Origin: an uncultured bacterium
GTDB lineage: Bacteria > Planctomycetota > DG-23 > CBDVDV01
Reading direction: 5' to 3'
Assembly: GCA_965372835.1 (NCBI GenBank)
Contig: CBDVDV010000003.1
Span: 71 to 64,070, forward strand
Length of the DNA: 64,000 bases
Shown here: piece after piece, positions 54,245 to 63,990 of the stretch
Layout of the letters: every line of letters begins with the position of its first letter
Numbering within the stretch: position 1 is the first letter of the stretch
Notes under the pieces: model-generated
The model's input: only the letters and a program-made list of their open reading frames with translations
Databases searched by the model: none
Told to the model about the DNA's origin: nothing
Translations under genes and position numbers: made by a program

Positions 54245-55278
54245 AGCGACGAAAGGGTGAGCGCATGGCAAAGAGGGCAAAACGGGGCAAGAAGGTGCGA
54301 CTGGGACTGTCCGGGTGTGGCGGGATGGCCCGGAGCCACACTCGGGCCTTGAAGGACGTGAAGCAGGTCGAGATGGTGGCTCTCATGGACGTCGTTCCAG
54401 GGTCCACCGAGAAATTGGCTGCTGAACTGGTGGACCAGGGCAACTCCAGGCCGGAACTCTTCACCGACTACGAGAAGATGATCGATTCCATGGACCTCGA
54501 CGGTGTCATCCTGGTGACGCCTCACTCAGTGCACTTCCCGCAGGCCATGTACGCGCTCAAAAAGGGCGTCCACGTCCTGGTGGAGAAGCCCATGACCACC
54601 GACCGCGCCCAGGCCAGGAAGTTGGTGGCCCAGGCCAAGAAGTCGAAGCGGGTCGTGAGCATCGCCTTCCAGTCCACCTATACGCCCGAGTTCCAGTTCA
54701 TCAAATACCTCCGCGAGAGGGGTGAGTTGGGCGAAATCAAGAGTTTCGTAGGTTCTCTTACCCAGAACTGGCTCGAACTCGTCCGTGGCCGTTGGCGGAC
54801 GGACCCGGAACTGAGCGGTGGCGGACAACTGTACGACTCCGGGAGCCATATGCTCAACGCCATGCTTTGGCTCACCGATCTGCAGCCCGTGGAGGTCTTC
54901 GCTTTCAGCGACTACATGGGTCAGAAGGTGGACATCACCTCGGCCCTGACGGTCAAGTTTGACAATGGAGCCCTGGGCAGCATCCTGATCAGCGGCGACT
55001 GCGCGCTCTTTGCCACTCGGATTGAGATCCATTGCAGCAAGGCCGTCATCTACACCGTCAGCCACGGCAACGTGCTGACCTACTACAAAGGCAGGGAACT
55101 GGTGAGGTATCCGCGGGTGAGCGACCGCGGGTCGAAGACACCCGTGGCCAACTTCGTCGCTGCCATCCAGGGCAAAGAGGAGCCGAAGTGCCCGCCGATT
55201 TATGGCGTTCGGTTGGCCCAACTGATGGATGCGATCTACCAATCGATTGAGACGGGTCGGCCGGCCAAAGTCCGCTGA
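54241..55278 (+). CDS. Gfo/Idh/MocA family oxidoreductase
   Basis: VRLGLSGCGGMARSH Rossmann start, EKPM motif. ATGA overlap with the creatininase stop. Confidence 0.75.
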   Translation: MKRRKGERMAKRAKRGKKVRLGLSGCGGMARSHTRALKDVKQVEMVALMDVVPGSTEKLAAELVDQGNSRPELFTDYEKMIDSMDLDGVILVTPHSVHFPQAMYALKKGVHVLVEKPMTTDRAQARKLVAQAKKSKRVVSIAFQSTYTPEFQFIKYLRERGELGEIKSFVGSLTQNWLELVRGRWRTDPELSGGGQLYDSGSHMLNAMLWLTDLQPVEVFAFSDYMGQKVDITSALTVKFDNGALGSILISGDCALFATRIEIHCSKAVIYTVSHGNVLTYYKGRELVRYPRVSDRGSKTPVANFVAAIQGKEEPKCPPIYGVRLAQLMDAIYQSIETGRPAKVR

Positions 55279-56617
55279 GCCGGAACCTACCACGGGAGAG
55301 CCAGTGTCCGAAGACCGCCTCGCCCCCAGGCGCCTGCTTGCGAAGGAAGAGGCGCTTCTGGAGGCGAATCGCTGTCTGCTGTGCGAGGACGCTCCTTGTA
55401 CCCGCGCCTGCCCGGCTGAGGTGGACGTCGCCGGCTTCGTCGACCGGCTGCGCACCGGGAGCCTGCGCGCCGCCGGCCGACTTCTCCGTCAGGCCAATAT
55501 CTTCGCCGACACCTGCGGGCTGGTCTGCCCGGTGAGCCAACTGTGTGAGGGGGCCTGTATGGCCACCAAACTCAGTTACCCCATCATGATTGGCTGCCTG
55601 CAGCATTACGTCTCCCACTACACAGCCGACCATCCCGTACCCGTGCCTGAACCCGCTCCGGAGGCGCCGGCCGTCGCCGTCGTCGGGGGCGGACCAGCAG
55701 GGCTCGCCGCGGGGCGAGCCCTGGCTCTCCAAGGCCTGCGGGTGGAACTGTTCGAGGCTGAGGCCGAGGTGGCAGGACTTCTTCTTCGCGGCATTCCGTC
55801 CTACAGACTTCCCTCTGAGGTGGTCCACCACGAGAGTTGCCTGGCCGCGCGGGGCCTGACCGTCCACCCGAACACGGCCTTGGGTCGCGACGTGACCCTC
55901 AAGGAAATCCGCGAGCGCTTTGCCGCCGTGGTGTTGGCCGTCGGGCTCGGTGGCTCCGGCGAACTGGCCATCGCGGGCGAGGGCCTGAAGGGAGTGGGAA
56001 GCGCACTTGGGTTCATCACGGCCGTTCGTCGGGGAGACGTCACGGAGGTCCCTGACGAGGTCGTGGTCGTTGGCGGAGGCAACGTGGCCGCCGACGCGGC
56101 GATCACCGCCAGGGAACTGGGGGCCAGGGACGTTTATCTGCTGTACCGGCGAAGTTTCCTGCAAATGCCCGCCTGGCCCGTGGAGCGCAATGCAGCGCTG
56201 ACTGAAGGTGTGCACGTCCTGGTGCTTACCGTGCCGCTGGAGTTCATCGGCGATGATCGGGGCAGGCTCCAGGCGGTGCGCTGCGCCCACACCACGTTGG
56301 GCGAACCAGATGCGACGGCTCGTCGGCGACCTGACGTGTTGGCAGGAAGCCTCTACATCATCCGCGCGAAGATGGCGCTGCTGGCTCTGGGGCAACGGAT
56401 GGACCCGGGGCTTCAGCAGGGGCTCCCGGGCGTGGAGTTTGACGAGTGGGGTCGGGTGGTCCTCGATGAGTCGGGCATGACCAGCCTGCCCGGGGTCTTC
56501 GCCTGCGGCGACTTCGCCAACGGCGGCCGAACGGTGGTGCAGGCGGTAGGGGAGGGGAAAGCCGTCGCCGAGGCCGTCGTCCGCTACCTCGGCCGGGAGA
56601 AGGAGCCCCAGTCCTAA
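55229..56617 (+). CDS. NAD(P)H-dependent FAD oxidoreductase, glutamate-synthase small-subunit / PreT-like
   Basis: N-terminal CLLCEDAPCTRACP Fe-S motif. VAVVGGGPAGLAAG and VVVVGGGNVAADAA dinucleotide-binding motifs. The true start is possibly the GTG near 55303. Confidence 0.7.
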   Translation: MRSTNRLRRVGRPKSAEPEPTTGEPVSEDRLAPRRLLAKEEALLEANRCLLCEDAPCTRACPAEVDVAGFVDRLRTGSLRAAGRLLRQANIFADTCGLVCPVSQLCEGACMATKLSYPIMIGCLQHYVSHYTADHPVPVPEPAPEAPAVAVVGGGPAGLAAGRALALQGLRVELFEAEAEVAGLLLRGIPSYRLPSEVVHHESCLAARGLTVHPNTALGRDVTLKEIRERFAAVVLAVGLGGSGELAIAGEGLKGVGSALGFITAVRRGDVTEVPDEVVVVGGGNVAADAAITARELGARDVYLLYRRSFLQMPAWPVERNAALTEGVHVLVLTVPLEFIGDDRGRLQAVRCAHTTLGEPDATARRRPDVLAGSLYIIRAKMALLALGQRMDPGLQQGLPGVEFDEWGRVVLDESGMTSLPGVFACGDFANGGRTVVQAVGEGKAVAEAVVRYLGREKEPQS

Positions 56618-57948
56618 CTCACCGCGTCGGTCGGAGTGGGCACTTCGTCCCGGACGTAACTGACGGCCCCCACCGGACAGAGCCGGGCGCAGATCCCGCA
56701 GCGGATGCACTTCTCCGCGTCCACGATCGCCTTCAAGTCCTCTCGATCGTCAGTCACGGTCGTCTCGTCCCAGGTGATGGCCTCGCAGTGGGCCGGCCGA
56801 AGGCACCGCCCGCAGCCGATGCAGCGATCGGGGTCCACCTGGGCGTGGCCTTCCACCAGACGGGCCTCGTCGGGCGGCGTCAAGTACTGAAGGGAAAGGC
56901 CCACCAGTTCCTGAAGGTTCTCCCGTCCCGTCTCGGCCAGGTAGTCCTCGATGCCTTCGTTCATCCGGGTGACGACCTGCCAACCGAACCACATCGGTGC
57001 GCTGCACACGGCAAGCAGGTTTGCACCCCACATCACCATCTGCACACAGTCCTGCCAGGTGTCGATGCCACCGGAGGCGATGATGGGGATGGAGACCACG
57101 CTCCTGGCCCGGGCAACGGTCATGAACGTATTGTATTTGCAGATGCTCCCGTTGGTGGACCCGGGCGCGACGGTGTCCATCAGCGGAATCAGTGGCCTGC
57201 CTTTGTCGTAGATGTCCACGGGAGGGAGACCGGAGATGGGCTCGCCCACGATGTGGAGTCCGTCAGCGCCGCCTTGCTCACAGGCCTTGGCCACGGCCCG
57301 CGGCTCCAGGGCGTTGGGGACATACTTGCAGACCACGGGCACGGTGACGCAGGACTTGACGGCCGCGGTTATTCGCCGACAGAGCCCGGGGTCCTGGCCG
57401 ATGATGGCCCCTGCGTGTTCGGATTCCTGCATGTCCCCGGCCTTGCTCACGTCCAGGTTGGGGCAGCAGAAGTTGAGTTCCAGGGCATCGGCCCCGGCCT
57501 CGACGAAGGTGGTGGCCAGGTCGCTCCACTCGTCCAGGTCGCTGCCCAGAGCGCTGAAGTTGGCGAAGAGGGGAAAGGACACCTCCTTCTTGGCTGCTTT
57601 GAGGAGGTCCACACACTCCTCCCAGCCGAAGCGCTTATCGACGGGGGAGAGGATGACCTGGCCCGGGAGGGAGTAACTGCGCATCTGGGTCTCGAAAGGG
57701 ACCTCCCGGAAGGTCAGTTTGATGCTGGCGCCGGCGAACCCGGCCTCCTCCCCCTTTTTCAGCATCCACAGTTTGGACGTGAGTGGGCCGGAACTTATCA
57801 GGATGGGCTTCTTGAACTCGACGTTGCCCAGGCGGAACATGGCTTCTCCCCTACAGCAAGGGAAGTTGGACGGGCTTGCCCGTCCTGGCTGATTCGTCGA
57901 TGGCGAAGATGACCTCGTGGGTGCCGATGGCGTGCCAGAGGTCGGCAT
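56614..57948 (-). CDS. Dihydroorotate/dihydropyrimidine dehydrogenase family protein with C-terminal 2x 4Fe-4S (PreA-like)
   Basis: DHOD-like TIM-barrel motifs (NFCCPN, IIASGGI). C-terminal CIGCGRCLRPAHC and CIRCGICARLCP. The long N-terminal extension in the track may be over-called. Confidence 0.65.
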   Translation of the reverse strand: MPTSGTPSAPTRSSSPSTNQPGRASPSNFPCCRGEAMFRLGNVEFKKPILISSGPLTSKLWMLKKGEEAGFAGASIKLTFREVPFETQMRSYSLPGQVILSPVDKRFGWEECVDLLKAAKKEVSFPLFANFSALGSDLDEWSDLATTFVEAGADALELNFCCPNLDVSKAGDMQESEHAGAIIGQDPGLCRRITAAVKSCVTVPVVCKYVPNALEPRAVAKACEQGGADGLHIVGEPISGLPPVDIYDKGRPLIPLMDTVAPGSTNGSICKYNTFMTVARARSVVSIPIIASGGIDTWQDCVQMVMWGANLLAVCSAPMWFGWQVVTRMNEGIEDYLAETGRENLQELVGLSLQYLTPPDEARLVEGHAQVDPDRCIGCGRCLRPAHCEAITWDETTVTDDREDLKAIVDAEKCIRCGICARLCPVGAVSYVRDEVPTPTDAVS

Positions 57949-58993
57949 CGTTGGCCTTGTCGTTGACGATGCAGTCGATAAAGTGGTCGATCTCCTCCTG
58001 GAAGGGGTGGTGGGTGACGTCGGGGCTGTCGGGTCGAAGGGTCGGGATGCGGAGAAAACTCTCGACCCCGGCGATGTCTTCGGTCCAGAACTCGTCGTTG
58101 CGGATGGCTCCCTTGGTGCCCATCAGTTCGAGGTTGAAGACGTAGGGCATATTGCACTCGACCGAACTTCCCACCTTGCCCACCGAGCCGTCGGCGAAGC
58201 GCATCATGGCAATCATGTTCGGATCGTACTCGAAGTCCTTCCGGTGGCTGGGTCCGATGGAGTACCCGAACACCTCTTTCACGTCACCGACACCGCTGCG
58301 CAGTTCGTAGAGTTCAGGGTCCTGATCCTTCAGATAGTCGAATCCGCTGCCCGCGTACCAGCGTACCGCGTCCACCGAATGGCAGCCACCCATGAGCAGG
58401 CTGGAGCCGGCGAGGTCGGGCTTGGTCTTCCACTCGCCGAAGACCTCGTGCCAGTAGTCGCTGGCAGCGTAATGGATATGGCCGATAGCACCCTTATCCA
58501 CCAGCGAGCGGATGGCTACGAAGAGCGGGTACCAGCGGGCGACGAAACCGGCCATGGCCCGCACCCCTTTGGGGTAGGCCTTGCCGTAGGCCTCGTTCAG
58601 CCGGCGGAGTTCCTCCAGGCTGATGGAGATGGGCTTCTCGATGAGGACGTGCTTTCCGGCCTCCAGGGCCATGACGGCCTCGGGGGTGTGGAGGAAGCTG
58701 ATGGTGCAGATGGAGACGATGTGGATGTCGTCACGAGCCAGCAGCCTCTCATACGAATCCACGGTCAGTTCGCACTCCAGGCCGTAGGTTGCCTTCTTCT
58801 CGTCCAACTCGCTCTGGAATCGGCTGTTAACCGCTAGCAGTTCGGTGTTGGGGTTGGCGAGATAGGCTTTGATGTGTTCGCCTGAGACCCAACCTGCTCC
58901 CTGCACCAACGCTCCCAACTTCTCGGCCACAGTGTCACCTCCTTGTCGTCGTTGGCCGTCCTCCGAAGCCGCGATCTCTTCCTCCCGACACAC
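57851..58993 (-). CDS. Gfo/Idh/MocA family oxidoreductase
   Basis: GALVQGAGWVSGEHIKAY Rossmann start, EKPI motif. The actual start is probably an alternative codon about 60 nt inside the track ORF. Confidence 0.7.
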   Translation of the reverse strand: MCREEEIAASEDGQRRQGGDTVAEKLGALVQGAGWVSGEHIKAYLANPNTELLAVNSRFQSELDEKKATYGLECELTVDSYERLLARDDIHIVSICTISFLHTPEAVMALEAGKHVLIEKPISISLEELRRLNEAYGKAYPKGVRAMAGFVARWYPLFVAIRSLVDKGAIGHIHYAASDYWHEVFGEWKTKPDLAGSSLLMGGCHSVDAVRWYAGSGFDYLKDQDPELYELRSGVGDVKEVFGYSIGPSHRKDFEYDPNMIAMMRFADGSVGKVGSSVECNMPYVFNLELMGTKGAIRNDEFWTEDIAGVESFLRIPTLRPDSPDVTHHPFQEEIDHFIDCIVNDKANDADLWHAIGTHEVIFAIDESARTGKPVQLPLL

Positions 58994-59013
58994 TGTACCA
59001 TCAAGGGGGGCCG

Positions 59014-59787
59014 TCAGAACTCAGTAACCGTTATCTCCGGTCGGCAGCAGAACCGTGCGGGCACCCGCCACCAGCCGATGCCCGGGTTCACGTACAGCGG
59101 GCCCGCCGCCGTTTGATACAGCCCCCTATCGTATCGTCCTACGCCGAACGGCACGGTCAGAGCTCCCCACAACGGGATGCGGACCTGTCCGCCGTGCGAG
59201 TGACCAGCCAGTATCAGGTCAAATGTCGTCCCGTTCAGTTCATCAACGAAAGCGGGATAGTGGGTCAGCAACAGTCGCTTTGCGGCCGTGGACTCCTGGA
59301 CACGGTCAGCAACCTTGCCGGCTGAACCGAAGATGCTCAGGCCTCCGTCGGCGATGGTCGTTCCCTCATCCACCAGCCAGGCGCCGCCGCTCGCTTTGAA
59401 ACACCCGGCAATTCTCGGAAACGATGCCCCACTCCAGTACTCATGGTTCCCCGGGACACCGAACATGGGAGACCGGATGCCTTTGAGGATTCCCAGCGCC
59501 TCTTTTAGGAATTCTCGGTCTTCCACGATGTCCCCGGTGAAGCACACAAAGTCGGGAGAGAGGTCGTTAATCTTGTCGATGACGCTTGTCAGGTAGGCTT
59601 GGTCCCCCTTGTAGTGAAGGTCCGTAAAGTGGACGATTCGGTGGGTGGGCTTTTCTCCACCAAGTCCCAGGCTCCGTACCACGAGCCATTCAGGTTCCAG
59701 AAGGAACCCCTCCCCAACGCAGCAGGCCGGCACCGTCATCAGCGCCAGGCCGATGAACCTTCGCCGGGTCATTCTCGGAAACTTCAT
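59014..59787 (-). CDS. Tat-secreted calcineurin-like metallophosphoesterase
   Basis: Twin-arginine signal MTRRRFIGLALM. Motifs IVHFTDLHY, GDIVE, GNHE, GHSH. Confidence 0.75.
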   Translation of the reverse strand: MKFPRMTRRRFIGLALMTVPACCVGEGFLLEPEWLVVRSLGLGGEKPTHRIVHFTDLHYKGDQAYLTSVIDKINDLSPDFVCFTGDIVEDREFLKEALGILKGIRSPMFGVPGNHEYWSGASFPRIAGCFKASGGAWLVDEGTTIADGGLSIFGSAGKVADRVQESTAAKRLLLTHYPAFVDELNGTTFDLILAGHSHGGQVRIPLWGALTVPFGVGRYDRGLYQTAAGPLYVNPGIGWWRVPARFCCRPEITVTEF

Positions 59788-59823
59788 TCCTGACCATCCC
59801 TGCCGCAGGCAGCCGCTGCTCCT

Positions 59824-60812
59824 TTATTGGATGCCCAGGCGTTCGAGGACTTCGGGGTTGACGGGTGACTCGGGGCGCTTTCCCGAGAGCACCGCGCAGA
59901 CCGCTGCTGCGGTCCGCCGTTGAAGTTCGGCCAGCGAGTCCTCCGAATACCACGCCGCGTGGTCGGTGACGATGACGTTGTCCAGTTGAAAGAGTTCGCT
60001 GTTCGTGTCAGGAGGCTCCTGTTCGTAGACGTCGAGAGCCGCGGCGGCGATGCGCTTGGCCTTGAGCGCTTCTATGAGGGCCACCTCGTCGATGAGGGGG
60101 CCCCGGGAGGTGTTGACCAACACCGTCGTCTCTTTCATCTGCCCCAGGCGTTCTTTGTTCACGATGTGCCTGGTCTCGTGCGTGGCCGGGGCGTGAAGCG
60201 ACAGCAGGTCAGACTCGCGGAAGAGCGTGTCCAGGTCCACCAGTTCGACGCCCAGTTCGCTGGCGACTTCCGCAGACACGTAAGGGTCGTGTGCGATGGT
60301 ACGAAAGCCGAAACCAGCGACTTTTTCAACCAGCCTGCGGGCGATGGCGCCGAGCCCAAGCAAGCCCAGCGTCCGTCCTTTGAGCCGGTAGACGGGATCG
60401 CGGAAACTGATGTCCCAGGCACCTTTGCGCACCGCCTTGTCGTGGCTGACCACCTTCCGCCAGGCTGACAGCATGAGGGCCAGGGCCTGGTCGGAGACCT
60501 CCTCCAGGCAGTAGCCCGGGACGTTGGCGACGACGATGCCCTTGCGCGTCGCCGCCTCTACGTCCACGTTGTCCACCCCGATGCCGTAGCGGGCAATGAC
60601 CTTGCAGCGCGCCATCTGCTCGATGACCGCAGCCGTCACCGGCGCGACGCGGTTCAGGACGCCGTCGGCGTCCCGGGTAGCCTCGGTCACATCCTCGGCC
60701 GTCTCGCACTCGGCCAGGAACAGTTCGCCGTCGATGGAGTCCACCTGCTGGCGCTCCGAGTCGTAGTTGGGGTATCCCAGGTCCGTTACCACCACTTTGA
60801 AAGTCGCCATGT
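59824..60812 (-). CDS. D-isomer-specific 2-hydroxyacid dehydrogenase (phosphoglycerate dehydrogenase-like)
   Basis: Start at MATFKVVVTD (internal Met of the longer track ORF). GLLGLGAIARRL NAD-binding motif and catalytic His region. Confidence 0.75.
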
Positions 60813-60955
60813 TCGCCCTTCCAATCCGTACGGACTCGTATGAGGGTCGTGTCGTCCGTTTCGCTGCCAACGACAGCACATTAGACCGCTGAACGGAGCG
60901 CTCGTCAAGGCGCATCGCACTCACGTTGGACGGCTGCGCTGGAGGGCCTAACGGT

Positions 60956-62221
60956 CTACTGGCCGGCGATCGCCTCGAAAAGCAGTCCAGCCAGGAGGTG
61001 CTGGCCCTTGGCGTTGGGGTGGGCGGCGTCGTTGGCACGGAAGTACTCGGCGATGAGCGTCTGGCGGCCCAGTCGTCGGAAGGCCGACGAAGCATCACAC
61101 AGCCCGCAGCGCTTTTCCCCGGCCAGTTCGCGCATCACCTCGGCGCCGACCTGGAGACGCTCCCAGGCCTCCTCACTGGTCGCGGGCAGGCTGGTGATGA
61201 GGAGCACTTCAGCGTGACCTTTGGTCAGTCGGCGCACCCGGTCGATGAAGGTGCTGACCGCATCTTTGAACTGGTCCGGGGTGACGCCACCAGGAGCCAG
61301 GTCGTTGTAGCCGTAGAGGACGGTCACGAGGTCGGGCTCATAGGGGGCCACATCACGGGCAATGAGCACACTGCCCTGGAGTACTTGAAGTCCGCCGACG
61401 CCGCTATTGACCACGCGGATCTCCTCGTAGCCGAACTGCTCCCGCAGCAGGGCCTGGAGTTCCCCCGGATAGGCCCCCTGGGGGCCGCCGGCACCGACGC
61501 CGAAGGTGATGCTGTCGCCCATGCAGACGATGGTAACGGGCTCCTTGGCCCGGAGTCTGGCCAGCGTACGGGGGATGCCTGGTTCGCCCGGGGTGTAGTC
61601 CTTGGTGTCGAAGGGGAGGGCGGTTTCCAGGGTGATCTGATCGATGGTCACCTGGTAAGGCTCGAAGTGATTGAGGAAGTAGAACCAGCGCCCGATGAAG
61701 AGGTGGCGGGGGATGTGGGGCTTGAGGCCCCCTCGCGGATGGTAGAGAGGCAGCGGGCTGGCCGATGCATAGTAGATTTCAGGCGTGAACTCGCGCCAGG
61801 GGATGTCCACTCGGTGCCAGGAGGTCTCCGTGAGCGGCACCAGCGCTGCGTAGCGGAGTCCGAAACTGCTATCTACCAGTTCCACGGCGAAGAAGCCGTC
61901 ACTGCCGTCGCCCCTGAGCCAGAGGCTCAGACCCCCTTCGGGGGTGTGCCAGGTGACGTCGCCGCGGACGGGTCGGTGGACGAAGGCGGAGGTCTTCTTC
62001 TCGGTGGTGAAGCGCAGAAGGATGGCCGAGCCCTCGCGCCCCTGCACCTTCGAGACCGTCGCTTCTCCGCTGGTCCGCCAATGGCTGGTGTCTTCGCATG
62101 GGTCAAGGACGGCTTGCGTTTCCGTGTGGGCGCCCCGAGGCAGGAAGGAAACGACGGCCGCCGCCAGTGCGAGTTGGACGATGAAAACGCGGAAGCAGCT
62201 TCCAACTGATGTCCGACGCAT
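60956..62221 (-). CDS. Secreted SGNH/GDSL hydrolase with N-terminal beta-rich domain
   Basis: Signal peptide. VCMGDSITFGVGAG (GDS block), DGAHPN-type C-terminal block. Confidence 0.7.
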   Translation of the reverse strand: MRRTSVGSCFRVFIVQLALAAAVVSFLPRGAHTETQAVLDPCEDTSHWRTSGEATVSKVQGREGSAILLRFTTEKKTSAFVHRPVRGDVTWHTPEGGLSLWLRGDGSDGFFAVELVDSSFGLRYAALVPLTETSWHRVDIPWREFTPEIYYASASPLPLYHPRGGLKPHIPRHLFIGRWFYFLNHFEPYQVTIDQITLETALPFDTKDYTPGEPGIPRTLARLRAKEPVTIVCMGDSITFGVGAGGPQGAYPGELQALLREQFGYEEIRVVNSGVGGLQVLQGSVLIARDVAPYEPDLVTVLYGYNDLAPGGVTPDQFKDAVSTFIDRVRRLTKGHAEVLLITSLPATSEEAWERLQVGAEVMRELAGEKRCGLCDASSAFRRLGRQTLIAEYFRANDAAHPNAKGQHLLAGLLFEAIAGQ

Positions 62222-62296
62222 GGTGTATTGCCCCTCGGTTCTCAGTGGGGGCCCCCTGGCCAGCGCACGGGTTTCAACCCTCCACAGGCACGAGAC

Positions 62297-63052
62297 CTAC
62301 TTGTAGTCGAGCACCCAGATCTCCTGTGACTCGGGCAGGTTCGCAGTCTGGACGGTGACGCTGGCGCTCCCCAGGCGCTTCACCGTGGTCTTGCCTTCGA
62401 TCCAGGTGCTCAGGGGGGCGATGGGCAGCCCGGGCGTGGCCTCGGTCTTGTAGTGCATGGGGATGACGACCTTCGGGCTGAGTTGGGCGATGAGCGCGTC
62501 GACCTTCTCCACGGCGATGGTGTAGTACCCACCCACAGGGACCAAAGCCACGTCCACGGGACCGATGCTCGCGCGCTGTTCGTCGCTCAAGAGGTGGCCG
62601 ATGTCGCCCAGGTGGCAAAACCGCACCCCGGCCAACTCGAAACTGAACACGGTGTTTTTGCCCCGCTTGGCTCCCCCTTCTTCGTCGTGGAAACAGGCCG
62701 TTCCGGTGAACGTCACTCCCCGGACCGTGTGGCTGCCGACCGCCTCGTCTGCCTTCCGTACCGTGGGTGACCCCTGGATGAGACCGACGTTGGCGTGGTC
62801 GAAATGCGTGTGGGTGACCAGCAGCACGTCGGCCCGCAGGCCCTCGGGCATGGGGTACCCCATTTCCTTGAAGGGGTCAATGGCCAGGGTGAAGCCATCG
62901 GCGCGGGTGAGGGTGAAGAACGACTGTCCGTACCAGCGGACGGTAACCTCCGACGGGGGCTCGGCGTCGGCGGTCTGCTCCGCCGCCCACGTGACTGTCA
63001 CAAAGACGAGCACCAGCCCGGCGGCCAGCGCGAAGTGAGGGTCGGGCATCAC
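62297..63052 (-). CDS. Secreted metallo-beta-lactamase-fold hydrolase
   Basis: Signal peptide. LLVTHTHFDH (HxHxDH) zinc-binding motif. Confidence 0.75.
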   Translation of the reverse strand: MMPDPHFALAAGLVLVFVTVTWAAEQTADAEPPSEVTVRWYGQSFFTLTRADGFTLAIDPFKEMGYPMPEGLRADVLLVTHTHFDHANVGLIQGSPTVRKADEAVGSHTVRGVTFTGTACFHDEEGGAKRGKNTVFSFELAGVRFCHLGDIGHLLSDEQRASIGPVDVALVPVGGYYTIAVEKVDALIAQLSPKVVIPMHYKTEATPGLPIAPLSTWIEGKTTVKRLGSASVTVQTANLPESQEIWVLDYK

Positions 63053-63990
63053 TCTTCGCCTCCTTTCTGGGCGGCAGGGCTCTCGTTTCCGACTGCCACC
63101 TCTGCGTCTGCTCCCGTGCTGTCCCGGTCCTCGGGCACGATCTGGGGATACAGGACGATGCGGTCGTGGACCAGAAGCACGATGTCGGTGCGGCCATCAC
63201 CGGTCACGTCAGCCAGGAGCGCTTGGCGTGGTTCATTGCCGCCCCGCTCGCGCCCCCGGAAAACCTTCTTCTCAAAGACGGTGAAGCGGTAGACGCGACG
63301 AAGGCTGGAGGTCTCCTCCCAGCGCAGCAACTCCAGGTTGTGGTTGCGGATGTCGATGGCCAGCACCTCTTCGGAGCCGTCAGCGAAGAGGTCCCCGGCG
63401 ACCAGGTCTGCTAAGTTGGCCTTCTCCGTGTCAGACTCGTAGTCGGCGAGCAGTTCAAACTGGTGTCCAGCCACGCCCAGCGGCACCAGCCCTACTCCTG
63501 TCTGGCTGAGGACGATGAGGTCGGTCCGGCCGTCGCCGGTGAGTTCGCCGGCGACCACCCGCACCTTCTGGAGTGGCAAGCCGCCGAGCGAGATGGAGCG
63601 CGGTTCCCCCAGGGTTCCGTCGGCCAGCCGACGGAGCACCGTCAGTTCCTTGGCCCAACTATCCAGCAGAATGACCTCGGCGACACCGTCACCGTCCAGG
63701 TCCGCAACCGCCGCCGAGGCGATCTGGGAGCGGGCGCTCTTGCCGTTGGCCTGCTCGACTACGCTGGGGGAGCCGTCCGGCCCCACGGTGACGGCCCGGG
63801 CGAAGTTCTTCTCAGCGATGAGCAGTTCCAACCGTCCGTCATCGTCGATATCGCCCAGGCTGACGGAGCCGGGACTCAGCCGACGAAACAGACCGCGGGA
63901 GAATGCGCCTTCGGAGCCGGCCTGGCGAAACTGGCCTTCACCATCGCCCAGGAGAAGCCGGGCGGGCCCGAAGGAGAGGAGCACCAGCAC
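63049..63990 (-). CDS. FG-GAP/VCBS-repeat protein (possibly N-terminally truncated by the window end)
   Basis: Repeated DxDGDG calcium-binding loops (DLDGDGVAEVILL, LTGDGRTDLIVL, VTGDGRTDIVLL). ATGA-type overlap with the MBL gene. Confidence 0.65.
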   Translation of the reverse strand: MLVLLSFGPARLLLGDGEGQFRQAGSEGAFSRGLFRRLSPGSVSLGDIDDDGRLELLIAEKNFARAVTVGPDGSPSVVEQANGKSARSQIASAAVADLDGDGVAEVILLDSWAKELTVLRRLADGTLGEPRSISLGGLPLQKVRVVAGELTGDGRTDLIVLSQTGVGLVPLGVAGHQFELLADYESDTEKANLADLVAGDLFADGSEEVLAIDIRNHNLELLRWEETSSLRRVYRFTVFEKKVFRGRERGGNEPRQALLADVTGDGRTDIVLLVHDRIVLYPQIVPEDRDSTGADAEVAVGNESPAAQKGGEE

